NCBI GenBank assembly: GCA_009924135.1
Contig: RFSE01000008.1
Location: 2,131-66,130, forward strand
Direction of reading: 5' to 3'
Origin: Pseudomonadota bacterium
Lineage (GTDB): Bacteria > Verrucomicrobiota > Verrucomicrobiia > Limisphaerales > SXTU01
DNA: 64,000 bases
Made by a program: the position numbers and the translations under genes. Positions 1-8,080 of the stretch are shown here, in pieces. The notes below the pieces were generated by a model. The model saw nothing but the letters and a program-made list of their open reading frames with translations, did no database searches and was not told the DNA's origin. Numbering within the stretch: the stretch's first letter is position 1; every line of letters begins with the position of its first letter.

Positions 1-897
1 CAAGTTGTCTCTGGCCAGTCAAAGAGTGGTCCTGGTGCCAGCATCATTTACTCACCCGCCTTCGATCGCGATGTCAGTGTCCGTGCCCTGCCCTGCCTCG
101 TGTCGCATGTGATGAATGGTCGCGCGGTCCTGCCCGCCGCGCTCATCATCGAGTGGCTGGCCCATGGCGCGATTCACGGCAACCCGGGCCTGGCCTTCCA
201 TGGCTTCAACCAGTTCAAAGTGCTCAAGGGGCTCGTCCTCGAAGGCGACACCACCGCGCACGTCACGGTCTCCGCTGCACCCCCGCAAGCCCAGGACGGC
301 ATGCTGGTGGTGCCCGTGCAGTTCACCAGCCGCAACCCCGCCGGCAAGACGACCCTCCACGCGACGGCTGAAATCCTCCTCGCCGACTTCATGCCCGCCG
401 CACCCGATGTCGCGCCGGCCGTGAAGCGCAACGGGATTTTGTCGAAGATGGTTTACGGCGACGGACGCCTCTTCCACGGACCCGACTTCCAATGCATCGA
501 GGCGCTTGAAGTCTGCAACGCCGGCAACGCGGCCGCGCTCGTGCGCTCCTCGCCCGCACCGAAGCAGATGATCGCCCAGCCGTTGCGCCCCGCCTGGCTG
601 GCTGATCCGCTCGCGCTCGACGCCGCGTTCCAGCTCATGATCTTGTGGAGCACCGCGCAGCGGTCCGCGCCTTCACTGCCCTGTGCGCTGCGCAGCTTCC
701 GGCAGTTTGCCGCCTTCCCCAAGACCGGCGGCAGCCGCGTGGTCGCCTCCATTACTTCCGCCAACACGCCGGTCGCCGTGGCCGACCTCCAGTTCTTCGA
801 CCGCGACGGCGGCCTGGTCGCGCTGGGCGAAGGTTATGAGTTCGTCGTGGACGCCAACCTCCGCGAAGCCTTCCGCCAGAACCACCTGCCCGCGTGA
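1..897 (+). CDS. 3' end of a PfaA/Pfa2-like PUFA/polyketide synthase subunit (C-terminal PKS-type dehydratase domain); the gene continues upstream of the window
   Basis: Frame 1 is open from nt 1 to TGA 895-897. It carries the HxxxGxxxxP motif (HVMNGRAVLP) and the DAAFQ motif of PKS dehydratases. Its stop overlaps the GTG start of the next gene (GTGA 894-897). Confidence 0.8.
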   Translation, partial: QVVSGQSKSGPGASIIYSPAFDRDVSVRALPCLVSHVMNGRAVLPAALIIEWLAHGAIHGNPGLAFHGFNQFKVLKGLVLEGDTTAHVTVSAAPPQAQDGMLVVPVQFTSRNPAGKTTLHATAEILLADFMPAAPDVAPAVKRNGILSKMVYGDGRLFHGPDFQCIEALEVCNAGNAAALVRSSPAPKQMIAQPLRPAWLADPLALDAAFQLMILWSTAQRSAPSLPCALRSFRQFAAFPKTGGSRVVASITSANTPVAVADLQFFDRDGGLVALGEGYEFVVDANLREAFRQNHLPA

Positions 898-2234
898 AGT
901 TCGGCGAACCTATCGCCATCGTCGGCATGGGCGGCGTCTTTCCCGGCGCCCGCTCGCTGGATGAGTTCTGGCAGATCATCGCCGCCGGTCGTGACACCAG
1001 CCGTCCCGCACCGCCGGGTCGTTGGCGGCTGAATTCCGCCGACATCCTTCACCCCACGCCGGGCACTCCCGACCGTGTTTACACCGACCGCGCCTGTTTC
1101 ATTGAAGGCTTCGCTCTCGACCCGGCCGGACTGGACATCGACCACGAGCTGCTCGCACAGCTTGATCCGGTCGTCCATTTGCTGCTCGCCGCCGGCCGCG
1201 ACGCGTTCACGAGTGCAAAAACGTCCGCGTTGGATCGGAGCCGCGTTGGCATCGTCCTGGGCCACATTGCATTGCCGACGGAAAGCTCCTCCAAGCTTTG
1301 CGAGGAAGCCCTCACGCCGCTGCTAGAACAGGCAACCTTTGGCACCGAAACAGCATTGGCCTGCAAAACCCATCCGCTCAACCGCTACGTCGCGGGCCTG
1401 CCGGCTGGCATCCTCGCCCAGGCGCTCGGCCTTGGCGGGGGCACGCGCACGCTCGATGCCGCATGCGCCTCGTCGCTCTACGCGCTCAAGCTCGCCTGCG
1501 ACGAACTCCACGCCGGCCGCACCGATGCGATGCTCGCGGGCGGCGTCTCGCGCCCTGACTCGCTCTACACGCAGATGGGTTTCGCGCAGCTCCGCGCGCT
1601 GGCGACCACCGGTCGTTGCACCCCGTTTGATGCGGCGGCCAGCGGGTTGATCGTCGGCGAAGGTGCGGGCGTCGTCGTGTTGAAGCGTCTTTCCGATGCC
1701 CTCCGGGACGGCGATGAAATCCACGCGCTCATCCGGGGCATCGGTCTGAGCAACGACCTCGACGGAAACCTTCTCTCCCCCGCGGGCGAAGGGCAGCTTC
1801 GTGCACTCCGCCTCGCTTACGACGCGGCGGGCTGGGAGCCGGAGAGCGTCGAGTTTATCGAGTGCCACGCCACTGGCACACCCGTCGGCGACGCGGTGGA
1901 GTTCTCGAGTCTCAACCAGCTTTGGTCCGACCGCACCTGGCAGCCCGGCCAGTGCACCCTTGGCGCGGTCAAGGCCAACGTCGGCCACCTGCTCACCGGT
2001 GCGGGCGCAGCGGGTTTGCTGAAAGTCCTGCTCTCGCTTCGGCACAACACGCTCCCGCCGGTCGCCAACTTTCAGCGGCCCTCCGACAAAATCCCGCTGG
2101 CGCAAAGTCCCTTCCGCGCGTTGACGCAAAGCCAGCCCTGGCCACGCCGCGCCGATGGCCAGCCCCGCCGGGCCGCCATCAACGGCTTCGGCTTCGGGGG
2201 CATCAACGCGCACGTCCTCATCGAGGAGTGGTGC
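894..2234 (+). other. Ketosynthase (KS) domain of the megasynthase
   Basis: Cys-His-His triad motifs DAACASS / CHATGT / KANVGH; ends near GFGGINAHVLIEEW. Confidence 0.85.
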
Positions 2235-5200
2235 GGCCCCGACGCGGGTAGCAGCCGACGTAAGGAGGCTCCATATAAACTGGGCGTGCGGAATGCGGAA
2301 TGCGGAATGCAATCAGAGCCTCCTCACGTCGGCTGCTACCCAGCGAGTGCGCCCATTGCCATCATCGGCCTCGGCACCCACATCGGCCCGTGGCGCAACC
2401 TCCATTCCTTCGGCGCCCGCGTCCTCGGGGCGGACACCGAGACATCGCCCAAGGCCCGTGAAAAATGGCGCGGACTCACACCAGTCGCGCTCGCTGCGCA
2501 GCCCGGATATTTCGTTGATGACCTGGCCATTCCAGTCAGCCGTTATCGCATTCCCCCGCGCGAACTGGCCGAGCTTTTGCCGCAGCAAGCGCTCATGCTC
2601 GAAGTGGCCCGCGACGCCCTCACCGACGCCAGCGTGAACGAGCCGAACGCCACACGCACCGGTGTGTTCATCGGCCTTGGCCTTGATCTGCGCACGACTG
2701 ACTTTCATTTCCGCTGGTCCATGCTGGACCGTGCCGGCGACTGGGCCAACCGCCTGCCTGCGGACGTTACGGAACACGACCAGGCCGCATGGGCCTCGCG
2801 GGTCGTCGAAGCCGCCGGTCCGCCGCTCAACGCCGACCGCACGATGGGCGCGCTTGCCGGCACCAATGCCAGCCGTATTGCGAAAGAATTCCGCATCGGC
2901 GGGCAGAGCTATACGGTATGCAGCGAGGACACGAGCGGCCTGAGCGCCCTGGAGATCGCCGTGCGTGCACTCCAGCGCGGTGAACTCGATCTTGCCCTGG
3001 CCGGTGGCGTGGAACTGACCGGGGACCTCCGCAGCCGGCTCGCAGAAGCCGCACTAGGCAAAGCAGAAATTCCCGGTGAAGGCGCCGTGGCCATCGTGCT
3101 CAAACGCCTGGCGGATGCCACCCGTGACGGCGACCGCATCTATGCCGTAATTCACGGACTGGGTGTGGGTAATTCCGTCGAACTGGCATCCTCGCGTGGC
3201 TTGGCGGAAGCCAGCTTTGCCAGCGTCCCGGTGATTTCAAGCGCGTCCACTGAGATTGGTCACACCGGCTCCGCGTCCGGCCTAGCTGATCTGGCGAAAG
3301 CCGCGCTCGCGTTGTATGCTGAAATAATTCCAGCCAACACAAACGCCGCCCCGCAGCACTGGCTGCGCGACCGCGCCGACGGTCCCCGCCGCGCCGCCAT
3401 CACCGCGTCCAGTGTAGATGGGAATGCGGTGACCGTGGTGTTGGAGGAATGCGCGCCTAAGGCGTTCGCCGCCGTTCCCCCTCACCCTAACCCTCTCCCG
3501 CCGGGAGAGGGGACAGCCACGGAAGCTACGCGTACTCCTATTGCATCCGGCTCCGACCCAGCGCTGGCTACGTTTCCCTCTCTCCCAGCGGGAGAGGGCC
3601 GGGGTGAGGGAGAACGCGTCCTAATTGCTAACAGGAATCGGAACCACCGCACCTTGATGGCTGCGAAGAAAAGTGAAGCCCTCTTCACCTTCGCGGCCCC
3701 CGACACCGCCGGATTGCTCGCGCAACTTGATGCCGTCCGTCGCCTTGCTGCGGCTGCCCCGCAAGCCTCGCTCGATACGGTTGCCCGCCGGAGCACGGAC
3801 TCGCGGACGTGGGCGTCCGCGCTCCACCGTCTCGCCTTCATTGCCCAGGACCGCGCACAGCTTCACCGCCTCCTCGACGCCGCCACCGCGCTCATCCAGC
3901 AGCCACGCAGTAGCGCGGCCCTACCATCCCCCGACCACCGCGACCGCGACCGGCTCTTCTTCACGCCGCCCGCCGAGCGCGTTTCCGGCAAGGTCGCCTT
4001 TGTCTTCCCCGGCGCGGGCAACCACTTTGCCGACATGGGCCGCGAGTTGGGCCTGCTGTTCCCCGAGGTTCTTCGCGCCCAGGACCGTGAAAACGAACGG
4101 CTCGCAAGCCAGTTGTTTGCCGCGCAGTTTTGGAACGCCACCGGCCCCGTCACCGATCAGCGCGCCTCCATCTGCGGCCAGGTCGCGCTCGGTGCGTTGG
4201 TCAGCGATATCGCGACCTCCCTGGGACTCCGTCCCGATGCCGCCATTGGTTACAGTCTCGGAGAAAGCACCGGCCTGTTCGCCCTCCGCGCCTGGACCGC
4301 ACGCGATGAAATGCTCGCCCGCGTCACGGCTTCGACTCTGTTCACCAAGGACCTCACCGGCGAACCGGCCGCGCTCCGTCGCGCCTGGCAGGTTGCCGAG
4401 GACCAGCCCGTCGCGTGGCTGGCCGGGCTCGTAGATCGGCCCGCCGAAGCGGTCCGGGCGGCGATGACCAGCCTCGATCGCACCTACATCCTGATCGTCA
4501 ACACCCCGGATGAATGCGTCATCGGCGGCGACGCGGCGCAGGTGCGGGAACTCGTGACAAAGCTTGGCTGTCATTTCTTCGTGCTCGACGGGGTGAGCAC
4601 GGTGCATTGCGACCTGCTGAAACCCGTGCTGGAGCCCTATCGCGAGCTGCACCGCTTCCCGACCACGCCGCCGGCCGGAGTGACGTTTTACAGTGGCGGC
4701 TGGGGCCGCAGCTACGTGCCGGACCGCGAGACGGCCGCCGCTGCCATTGTTGCACAGGCCAGTGCCACCATTGATTTTCCGCAGGTTGTTCGCACGGCGT
4801 ACAATGATGGCGTGCGTTTCTTTGTCGAAATGGGACCAGGCGCGTCATGCTCACGCATGATTTCCCAAATTCTCGCCGGGCAACCACACATGGCCCGCTC
4901 TTTGTGCGTCTCGGCCAAGGAGCCGCTGCTGGATGTGCTGCGGGTTTTGGGCGCGCTCTGGGCCGAAGGGTTGCCGGTAAATTTGACTCCGCTGTACGGC
5001 ACGGTTGAAGAGGAGACTACGCCGGAGCCAACCGGCAAGCTGGTCCTCATTCCCATCACCGGTGCGCCGATCGTTCCGCCGCCCCTGCCGAAGGGAAGCG
5101 CACGTATCCCTCAGGTTGATTCAGGGGCAAAGCCTTCGGGGTCTCTTTCACAATCTCAGACTGGATTGCAAACCACCGTCGCGTTCCCCCTCACCCCGGC

Positions 5201-8078
5201 CCTCTCCCCTGGGGAGGGGGAGAACGTCAGCCCGTCTTTCGTAAGTCCGAACGCGTCCGGCTTCAGCCCAGCGCGGGATGCAATCCTCCCTCTCCCGGAG
5301 GGAGAGGGCCGGGGTGAGGGGGAAGGGCGCGGAATTTCCACCCTGGTTGCCGGCTTTACGAATGACTTGCCGGGCGACCCGTTTGAAGCCGAACTGCTCA
5401 CGGCAATGGCGCAGGCGCAGGCAACGACGTTGCAGGCTCATGAAACTTACCTGGCTTTCTCGGAGGGCGTGTTCAAGACCCTGTCCGAAGCGGTGCAGAC
5501 GCAATTCGACTTGCTGCACCGCGCATCACAGGGCGGGATTGAATGGGAATCACTGCCCAGTCCCGATGCATTCGGTTTGAACCCAGCCCAGGATGCATTT
5601 CCCCCTCTCCCCGCAGGACAGGGAGAATGGCGCGGATCAACCGTTGCCAACGAGTCGTTGAGCGGGCATCCAAACCCAGTGCAGCCGCCAGCCACTGTCC
5701 CCCGCGCCCTCACGCGCGAGCAGTGCTTCGAATTTGCCATCGGCAAGATTGGCAATGCCTTGGGCGCGACGTTCGCCGAGGCAGATTCATTTCCCACGCG
5801 GGTACGCCTGCCAGACGCGCCACTGCAACTCGTGGACCGCATCACGGCCATCGAGGGCGAGCCGCGTTCGATGACGCACGGACGGGTCGTGACTGAGCAC
5901 GACATCCACCCCGGCGCTTGGTATCTCGACTGTGGACGCATCCCGACGTGCATCGCAGTCGAGGCGGGGCAGGCGGATCTGTTTCTCTCCGGCTACCTCG
6001 GCATCGATTTTGAGACTCGCGGACTGGCGATGTATCGCCTGCTGGATGCGAAAGTTTGCTTCCATCGCCACCTGCCCGGACCGGGCGAGACGATCCGGTA
6101 CGACATCCGTATCGAACGCTTTTTCCAACAGAGCGGCGTATGGCTCTTCAAGTTCAACTTCGAGTCCACGGTCAACGGCCAGCCGCTGCTCACGATGACC
6201 GAAGGCTGTGCGGGTTTCTTTACACCGCAGGACCTGGCCGCCGGCAAGGGCATCGTGCGCACCTCGCTGCAGCTCAAACCCCAGCCCGGCATGCGCCCGG
6301 CGGATTGGGAAGACTTTGTACCGATGGCGGTCGAGTCGTATTCGGTGGAGCAACTGGACGCTTTGCGCACCGGCAACCTGGCAGCGTGCTTCGGAGAAAA
6401 GTTCGCCGGACTGAAGCTCGCGCAACCGGTCACATTGCCCGGTGGACGAATGCGGCTCGTACATCGCATTGAACGGCTGGAGCCCACGGGCGGGCGTTTC
6501 GGTCTCGGACTGATTCGTGGCGAAGCGGACATTCACCCGGACGACTGGTTCATCACGTGCCATTTCGTGGACGACCGCGTGATGCCGGGCACGTTGATGT
6601 ATGAGTGCTGCCTGCACACGCTGCGGGTGCATCTGCTGCGGCTGGGCTGGGTCGTTGAGGCGCGCCCCGGCGTGGCGCTGGAGCCCGTGCCCGGTGTCGT
6701 GGGCCAGCTCAAGTGCCGCGGACAGGTGCTGGAGACAACGAAGCTCGTGACCTACGAGATCGAGATCAAGGAAATCGGCTACGGACCCGAACCGTACGTG
6801 ATCGCGGACGCGCTGATGTACGCGGATGGCAAGGCCATCGTGGAAATCGGCAACATGAGCCTGCGCTACACGGGCGTGACGCGGGAAGACCTGCGGGCGA
6901 CTTGGAGTGCGGCGGAGCGCCGGGCTCTGACCCGGCGTGGTGAAACCGTCGGACATGAACGCGCCGGGTCGGAGACCGGCGCTCCTAATCCTGCACTCTA
7001 CGGCCCCGAACGCATCCGCGCCTTCGCCGTGGGCAATCCCTCGGAAGCCTTTGGCGAACCGTACCGCATCTTTGATGCCCAACGGCGCATCGCGCGGCTG
7101 CCGGGGCCGCCTTATCAATTCCTCGATCGCGTCACCGAGATACGCGGTTGCGAGGCGTTCAAAATGGTCGCAGGTGGTGAGGTGGCGGCGGATTACGACG
7201 TGCCGGCAGACGAGTGGTGTTTTGCCGCGAACCGCCAAGGCGACATGCCGTTCGCCGTGCTGCTGGAAATCGCGCTCCAACCCTGCGGCTGGCTCTCGGC
7301 CTACCTCGGTTCCGCGCTGACGAGCAGCGATGACCTGTCCTATCGCAATCTCGGCGGCACCGGTACGCAGTTCGCTCCGGTGCGACCGGATGTCGGCACG
7401 CTCACCACCCGCATCAAAAACACCCGCCTCTCGAGTTCGGCCGGGATGATCATCCAATGGTTTGATTTCGAGGTCTGGGCGGGGGCGGAAAAGATCTATC
7501 GCGGCGATACCTACTTTGGATTCTTTCCGAAAGCGGCCTTGGAAAAGCAGGAAGGCATCAAGGGCGCGAAGCTCTACGAACCCACCGCCGCCGAACTGGC
7601 GCGGGCGAAATCACTCCCCTACCCGACCACGGCACCGTTCGCGGACACGATGATGCGGATGGTGGACGACCTCACCGTCTTCGTCGCGGACGGCGGGCCG
7701 AAGCAACTGGGCTTCCTCCGTGGCACCAAGCGCGTGAACCCCGACGAGTGGTTCTTCAAGGCCCATTTTTACCAGGACCCCGTGGTGCCCGGCTCGCTCG
7801 GTTTGGAATCCTTCCTGCAACTGCTTAAGTTCGCTGCGGTGGAACGCTGGGGCCACACCCCGGGCACGCGTTGGGAGGCCGTGGCCACCAATACAAAACA
7901 CGAGTGGACCTATCGTGGCCAGGTCATCCCTCGGGACTCCCTCGTGACCGTGGAGGCAGCGGTCGTGGCGGTAAACGACGCGGAGAAGACCTTGACCGGG
8001 GAAGGCTTCCTGAGCGTGGATGGCCGGGTGATTTACGGAATGAAAAACTTTGTCGTGCGCGGCGTGCCCGAAAACTGA
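894..8078 (+). CDS. PUFA-synthase type megasynthase, KS-CLF-AT-DH-DH (PfaB/PfaC-like, myxobacterial Pfa3-like layout without an AGPAT domain)
   Basis: Single 2394-aa ORF. Motifs: KS (DAACASS, CHATGT, KANVGH), a second KS-like domain lacking the active Cys (TVCSEDTSG), AT (GYSLGE), and two FabA-type hot-dog didomains (HPDDWFITCHFVDDRVMPG; NPDEWFFKAHFYQDPVVPG). Confidence 0.9.
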   Translation: MKFGEPIAIVGMGGVFPGARSLDEFWQIIAAGRDTSRPAPPGRWRLNSADILHPTPGTPDRVYTDRACFIEGFALDPAGLDIDHELLAQLDPVVHLLLAAGRDAFTSAKTSALDRSRVGIVLGHIALPTESSSKLCEEALTPLLEQATFGTETALACKTHPLNRYVAGLPAGILAQALGLGGGTRTLDAACASSLYALKLACDELHAGRTDAMLAGGVSRPDSLYTQMGFAQLRALATTGRCTPFDAAASGLIVGEGAGVVVLKRLSDALRDGDEIHALIRGIGLSNDLDGNLLSPAGEGQLRALRLAYDAAGWEPESVEFIECHATGTPVGDAVEFSSLNQLWSDRTWQPGQCTLGAVKANVGHLLTGAGAAGLLKVLLSLRHNTLPPVANFQRPSDKIPLAQSPFRALTQSQPWPRRADGQPRRAAINGFGFGGINAHVLIEEWCGPDAGSSRRKEAPYKLGVRNAECGMQSEPPHVGCYPASAPIAIIGLGTHIGPWRNLHSFGARVLGADTETSPKAREKWRGLTPVALAAQPGYFVDDLAIPVSRYRIPPRELAELLPQQALMLEVARDALTDASVNEPNATRTGVFIGLGLDLRTTDFHFRWSMLDRAGDWANRLPADVTEHDQAAWASRVVEAAGPPLNADRTMGALAGTNASRIAKEFRIGGQSYTVCSEDTSGLSALEIAVRALQRGELDLALAGGVELTGDLRSRLAEAALGKAEIPGEGAVAIVLKRLADATRDGDRIYAVIHGLGVGNSVELASSRGLAEASFASVPVISSASTEIGHTGSASGLADLAKAALALYAEIIPANTNAAPQHWLRDRADGPRRAAITASSVDGNAVTVVLEECAPKAFAAVPPHPNPLPPGEGTATEATRTPIASGSDPALATFPSLPAGEGRGEGERVLIANRNRNHRTLMAAKKSEALFTFAAPDTAGLLAQLDAVRRLAAAAPQASLDTVARRSTDSRTWASALHRLAFIAQDRAQLHRLLDAATALIQQPRSSAALPSPDHRDRDRLFFTPPAERVSGKVAFVFPGAGNHFADMGRELGLLFPEVLRAQDRENERLASQLFAAQFWNATGPVTDQRASICGQVALGALVSDIATSLGLRPDAAIGYSLGESTGLFALRAWTARDEMLARVTASTLFTKDLTGEPAALRRAWQVAEDQPVAWLAGLVDRPAEAVRAAMTSLDRTYILIVNTPDECVIGGDAAQVRELVTKLGCHFFVLDGVSTVHCDLLKPVLEPYRELHRFPTTPPAGVTFYSGGWGRSYVPDRETAAAAIVAQASATIDFPQVVRTAYNDGVRFFVEMGPGASCSRMISQILAGQPHMARSLCVSAKEPLLDVLRVLGALWAEGLPVNLTPLYGTVEEETTPEPTGKLVLIPITGAPIVPPPLPKGSARIPQVDSGAKPSGSLSQSQTGLQTTVAFPLTPALSPGEGENVSPSFVSPNASGFSPARDAILPLPEGEGRGEGEGRGISTLVAGFTNDLPGDPFEAELLTAMAQAQATTLQAHETYLAFSEGVFKTLSEAVQTQFDLLHRASQGGIEWESLPSPDAFGLNPAQDAFPPLPAGQGEWRGSTVANESLSGHPNPVQPPATVPRALTREQCFEFAIGKIGNALGATFAEADSFPTRVRLPDAPLQLVDRITAIEGEPRSMTHGRVVTEHDIHPGAWYLDCGRIPTCIAVEAGQADLFLSGYLGIDFETRGLAMYRLLDAKVCFHRHLPGPGETIRYDIRIERFFQQSGVWLFKFNFESTVNGQPLLTMTEGCAGFFTPQDLAAGKGIVRTSLQLKPQPGMRPADWEDFVPMAVESYSVEQLDALRTGNLAACFGEKFAGLKLAQPVTLPGGRMRLVHRIERLEPTGGRFGLGLIRGEADIHPDDWFITCHFVDDRVMPGTLMYECCLHTLRVHLLRLGWVVEARPGVALEPVPGVVGQLKCRGQVLETTKLVTYEIEIKEIGYGPEPYVIADALMYADGKAIVEIGNMSLRYTGVTREDLRATWSAAERRALTRRGETVGHERAGSETGAPNPALYGPERIRAFAVGNPSEAFGEPYRIFDAQRRIARLPGPPYQFLDRVTEIRGCEAFKMVAGGEVAADYDVPADEWCFAANRQGDMPFAVLLEIALQPCGWLSAYLGSALTSSDDLSYRNLGGTGTQFAPVRPDVGTLTTRIKNTRLSSSAGMIIQWFDFEVWAGAEKIYRGDTYFGFFPKAALEKQEGIKGAKLYEPTAAELARAKSLPYPTTAPFADTMMRMVDDLTVFVADGGPKQLGFLRGTKRVNPDEWFFKAHFYQDPVVPGSLGLESFLQLLKFAAVERWGHTPGTRWEAVATNTKHEWTYRGQVIPRDSLVTVEAAVVAVNDAEKTLTGEGFLSVDGRVIYGMKNFVVRGVPEN
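2246..2341. repeat. 96-nt hairpin element (26-nt arms, 25/26 complementary) lying in frame in the KS-CLF linker
   Basis: Arms GGGTAGCAGCCGACGTAAGGAGGCTC (2246-2271) and GAGCCTCCTCACGTCGGCTGCTACCC (2316-2341). The loop contains GCGGAAT x3 (2288-2308). Confidence 0.85.
2352..3449 (+). other. Chain-length-factor-like (CLF) KS-homologous domain
   Basis: KS fold (PIAIIGLG ... NAVTVVLEE), but the position aligned to the catalytic Cys reads CSEDTSG (Asp instead of Cys). Confidence 0.75.
3471..3618. repeat. Inverted pair of REP-like units (CCCTCTCCC-N3-GGGAGAGGG hairpin plus GGTGAGGGAGAACGCG tail) inside the CLF-AT linker
   Basis: The right unit 3573-3618 is near-identical to the intergenic unit 46783-46826. 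Confidence 0.85.
3987..4885 (+). other. Acyltransferase (AT) domain
   Basis: VAFVFPGAGNHF start and GYSLGE nucleophile motif; typical PfaB-like AT length. Confidence 0.8.
5180..5331. repeat. Second inverted pair of the same REP-like family inside the AT-DH linker
   Basis: CGCGTTCCCCCTCACCCCGGCCCTCTCCCCTGGGGAGGGGG ... CCCTCTCCCGGAGGGAGAGGGCCGGGGTGAGGGGG. Confidence 0.8.
5570..5634. repeat. Degenerate half element of the same family inside the AT-DH linker
   Basis: AACCCAGCCCAGGATGCATTTCCCCCTCTCCCCGCAGGACAGGGAG parallels the spacer-plus-hairpin of 3548-3600 and 5258-5310. Confidence 0.6.
5700..6900 (+). other. First FabA-like dehydratase/isomerase didomain
   Basis: Hot-dog pair ending with the canonical FabA motif HPDDWFITCHFVDDRVMPG (about nt 6534-6590). 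Confidence 0.8.
6914..6985. repeat. 72-nt hairpin element (24-nt arms, 22/24 complementary) in frame between the two DH didomains
   Basis: Arms GGAGCGCCGGGCTCTGACCCGGCG and CGCCGGGTCGGAGACCGGCGCTCC. The same arm sequence recurs intergenically at 44342-44367 and 44643-44668. Confidence 0.8.
6992..8075 (+). other. Second FabA-like dehydratase didomain
   Basis: Second hot-dog pair with NPDEWFFKAHFYQDPVVPG (about nt 7737-7795). The protein ends here with no further domain. Confidence 0.8.
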
Positions 8079-8080
8079 AC

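Noticed and set aside
3471-5634. Interpreting the Gly/Glu/Pro-rich low-complexity stretches of the megasynthase as ACP domains or ACP linkers
   Set aside because: There is no ACP signature (no DSL/GxDS phosphopantetheine site), and the DNA matches intergenic REP-like units. ACPs are expected on the upstream subunit.
5787-7457. 556-aa minus-strand ORF inside the megasynthase gene
   Set aside because: It is a high-GC shadow ORF opposite clear FabA-type DH motifs on the plus strand. Its composition is dominated by R/A/G/H and it has no recognisable motifs.
7871-8080. N-terminal extensions of track ORFs for oleA (7871), oleC (9843), the PPTase (12415), the ABC ATPase (28697), the permease (27786) and uvrA (55618)
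   Set aside because: The extensions overlap the preceding genes or intergenic repeats and are compositionally aberrant. Conserved N-terminal motifs and start/stop coupling support the shorter starts listed in the features.
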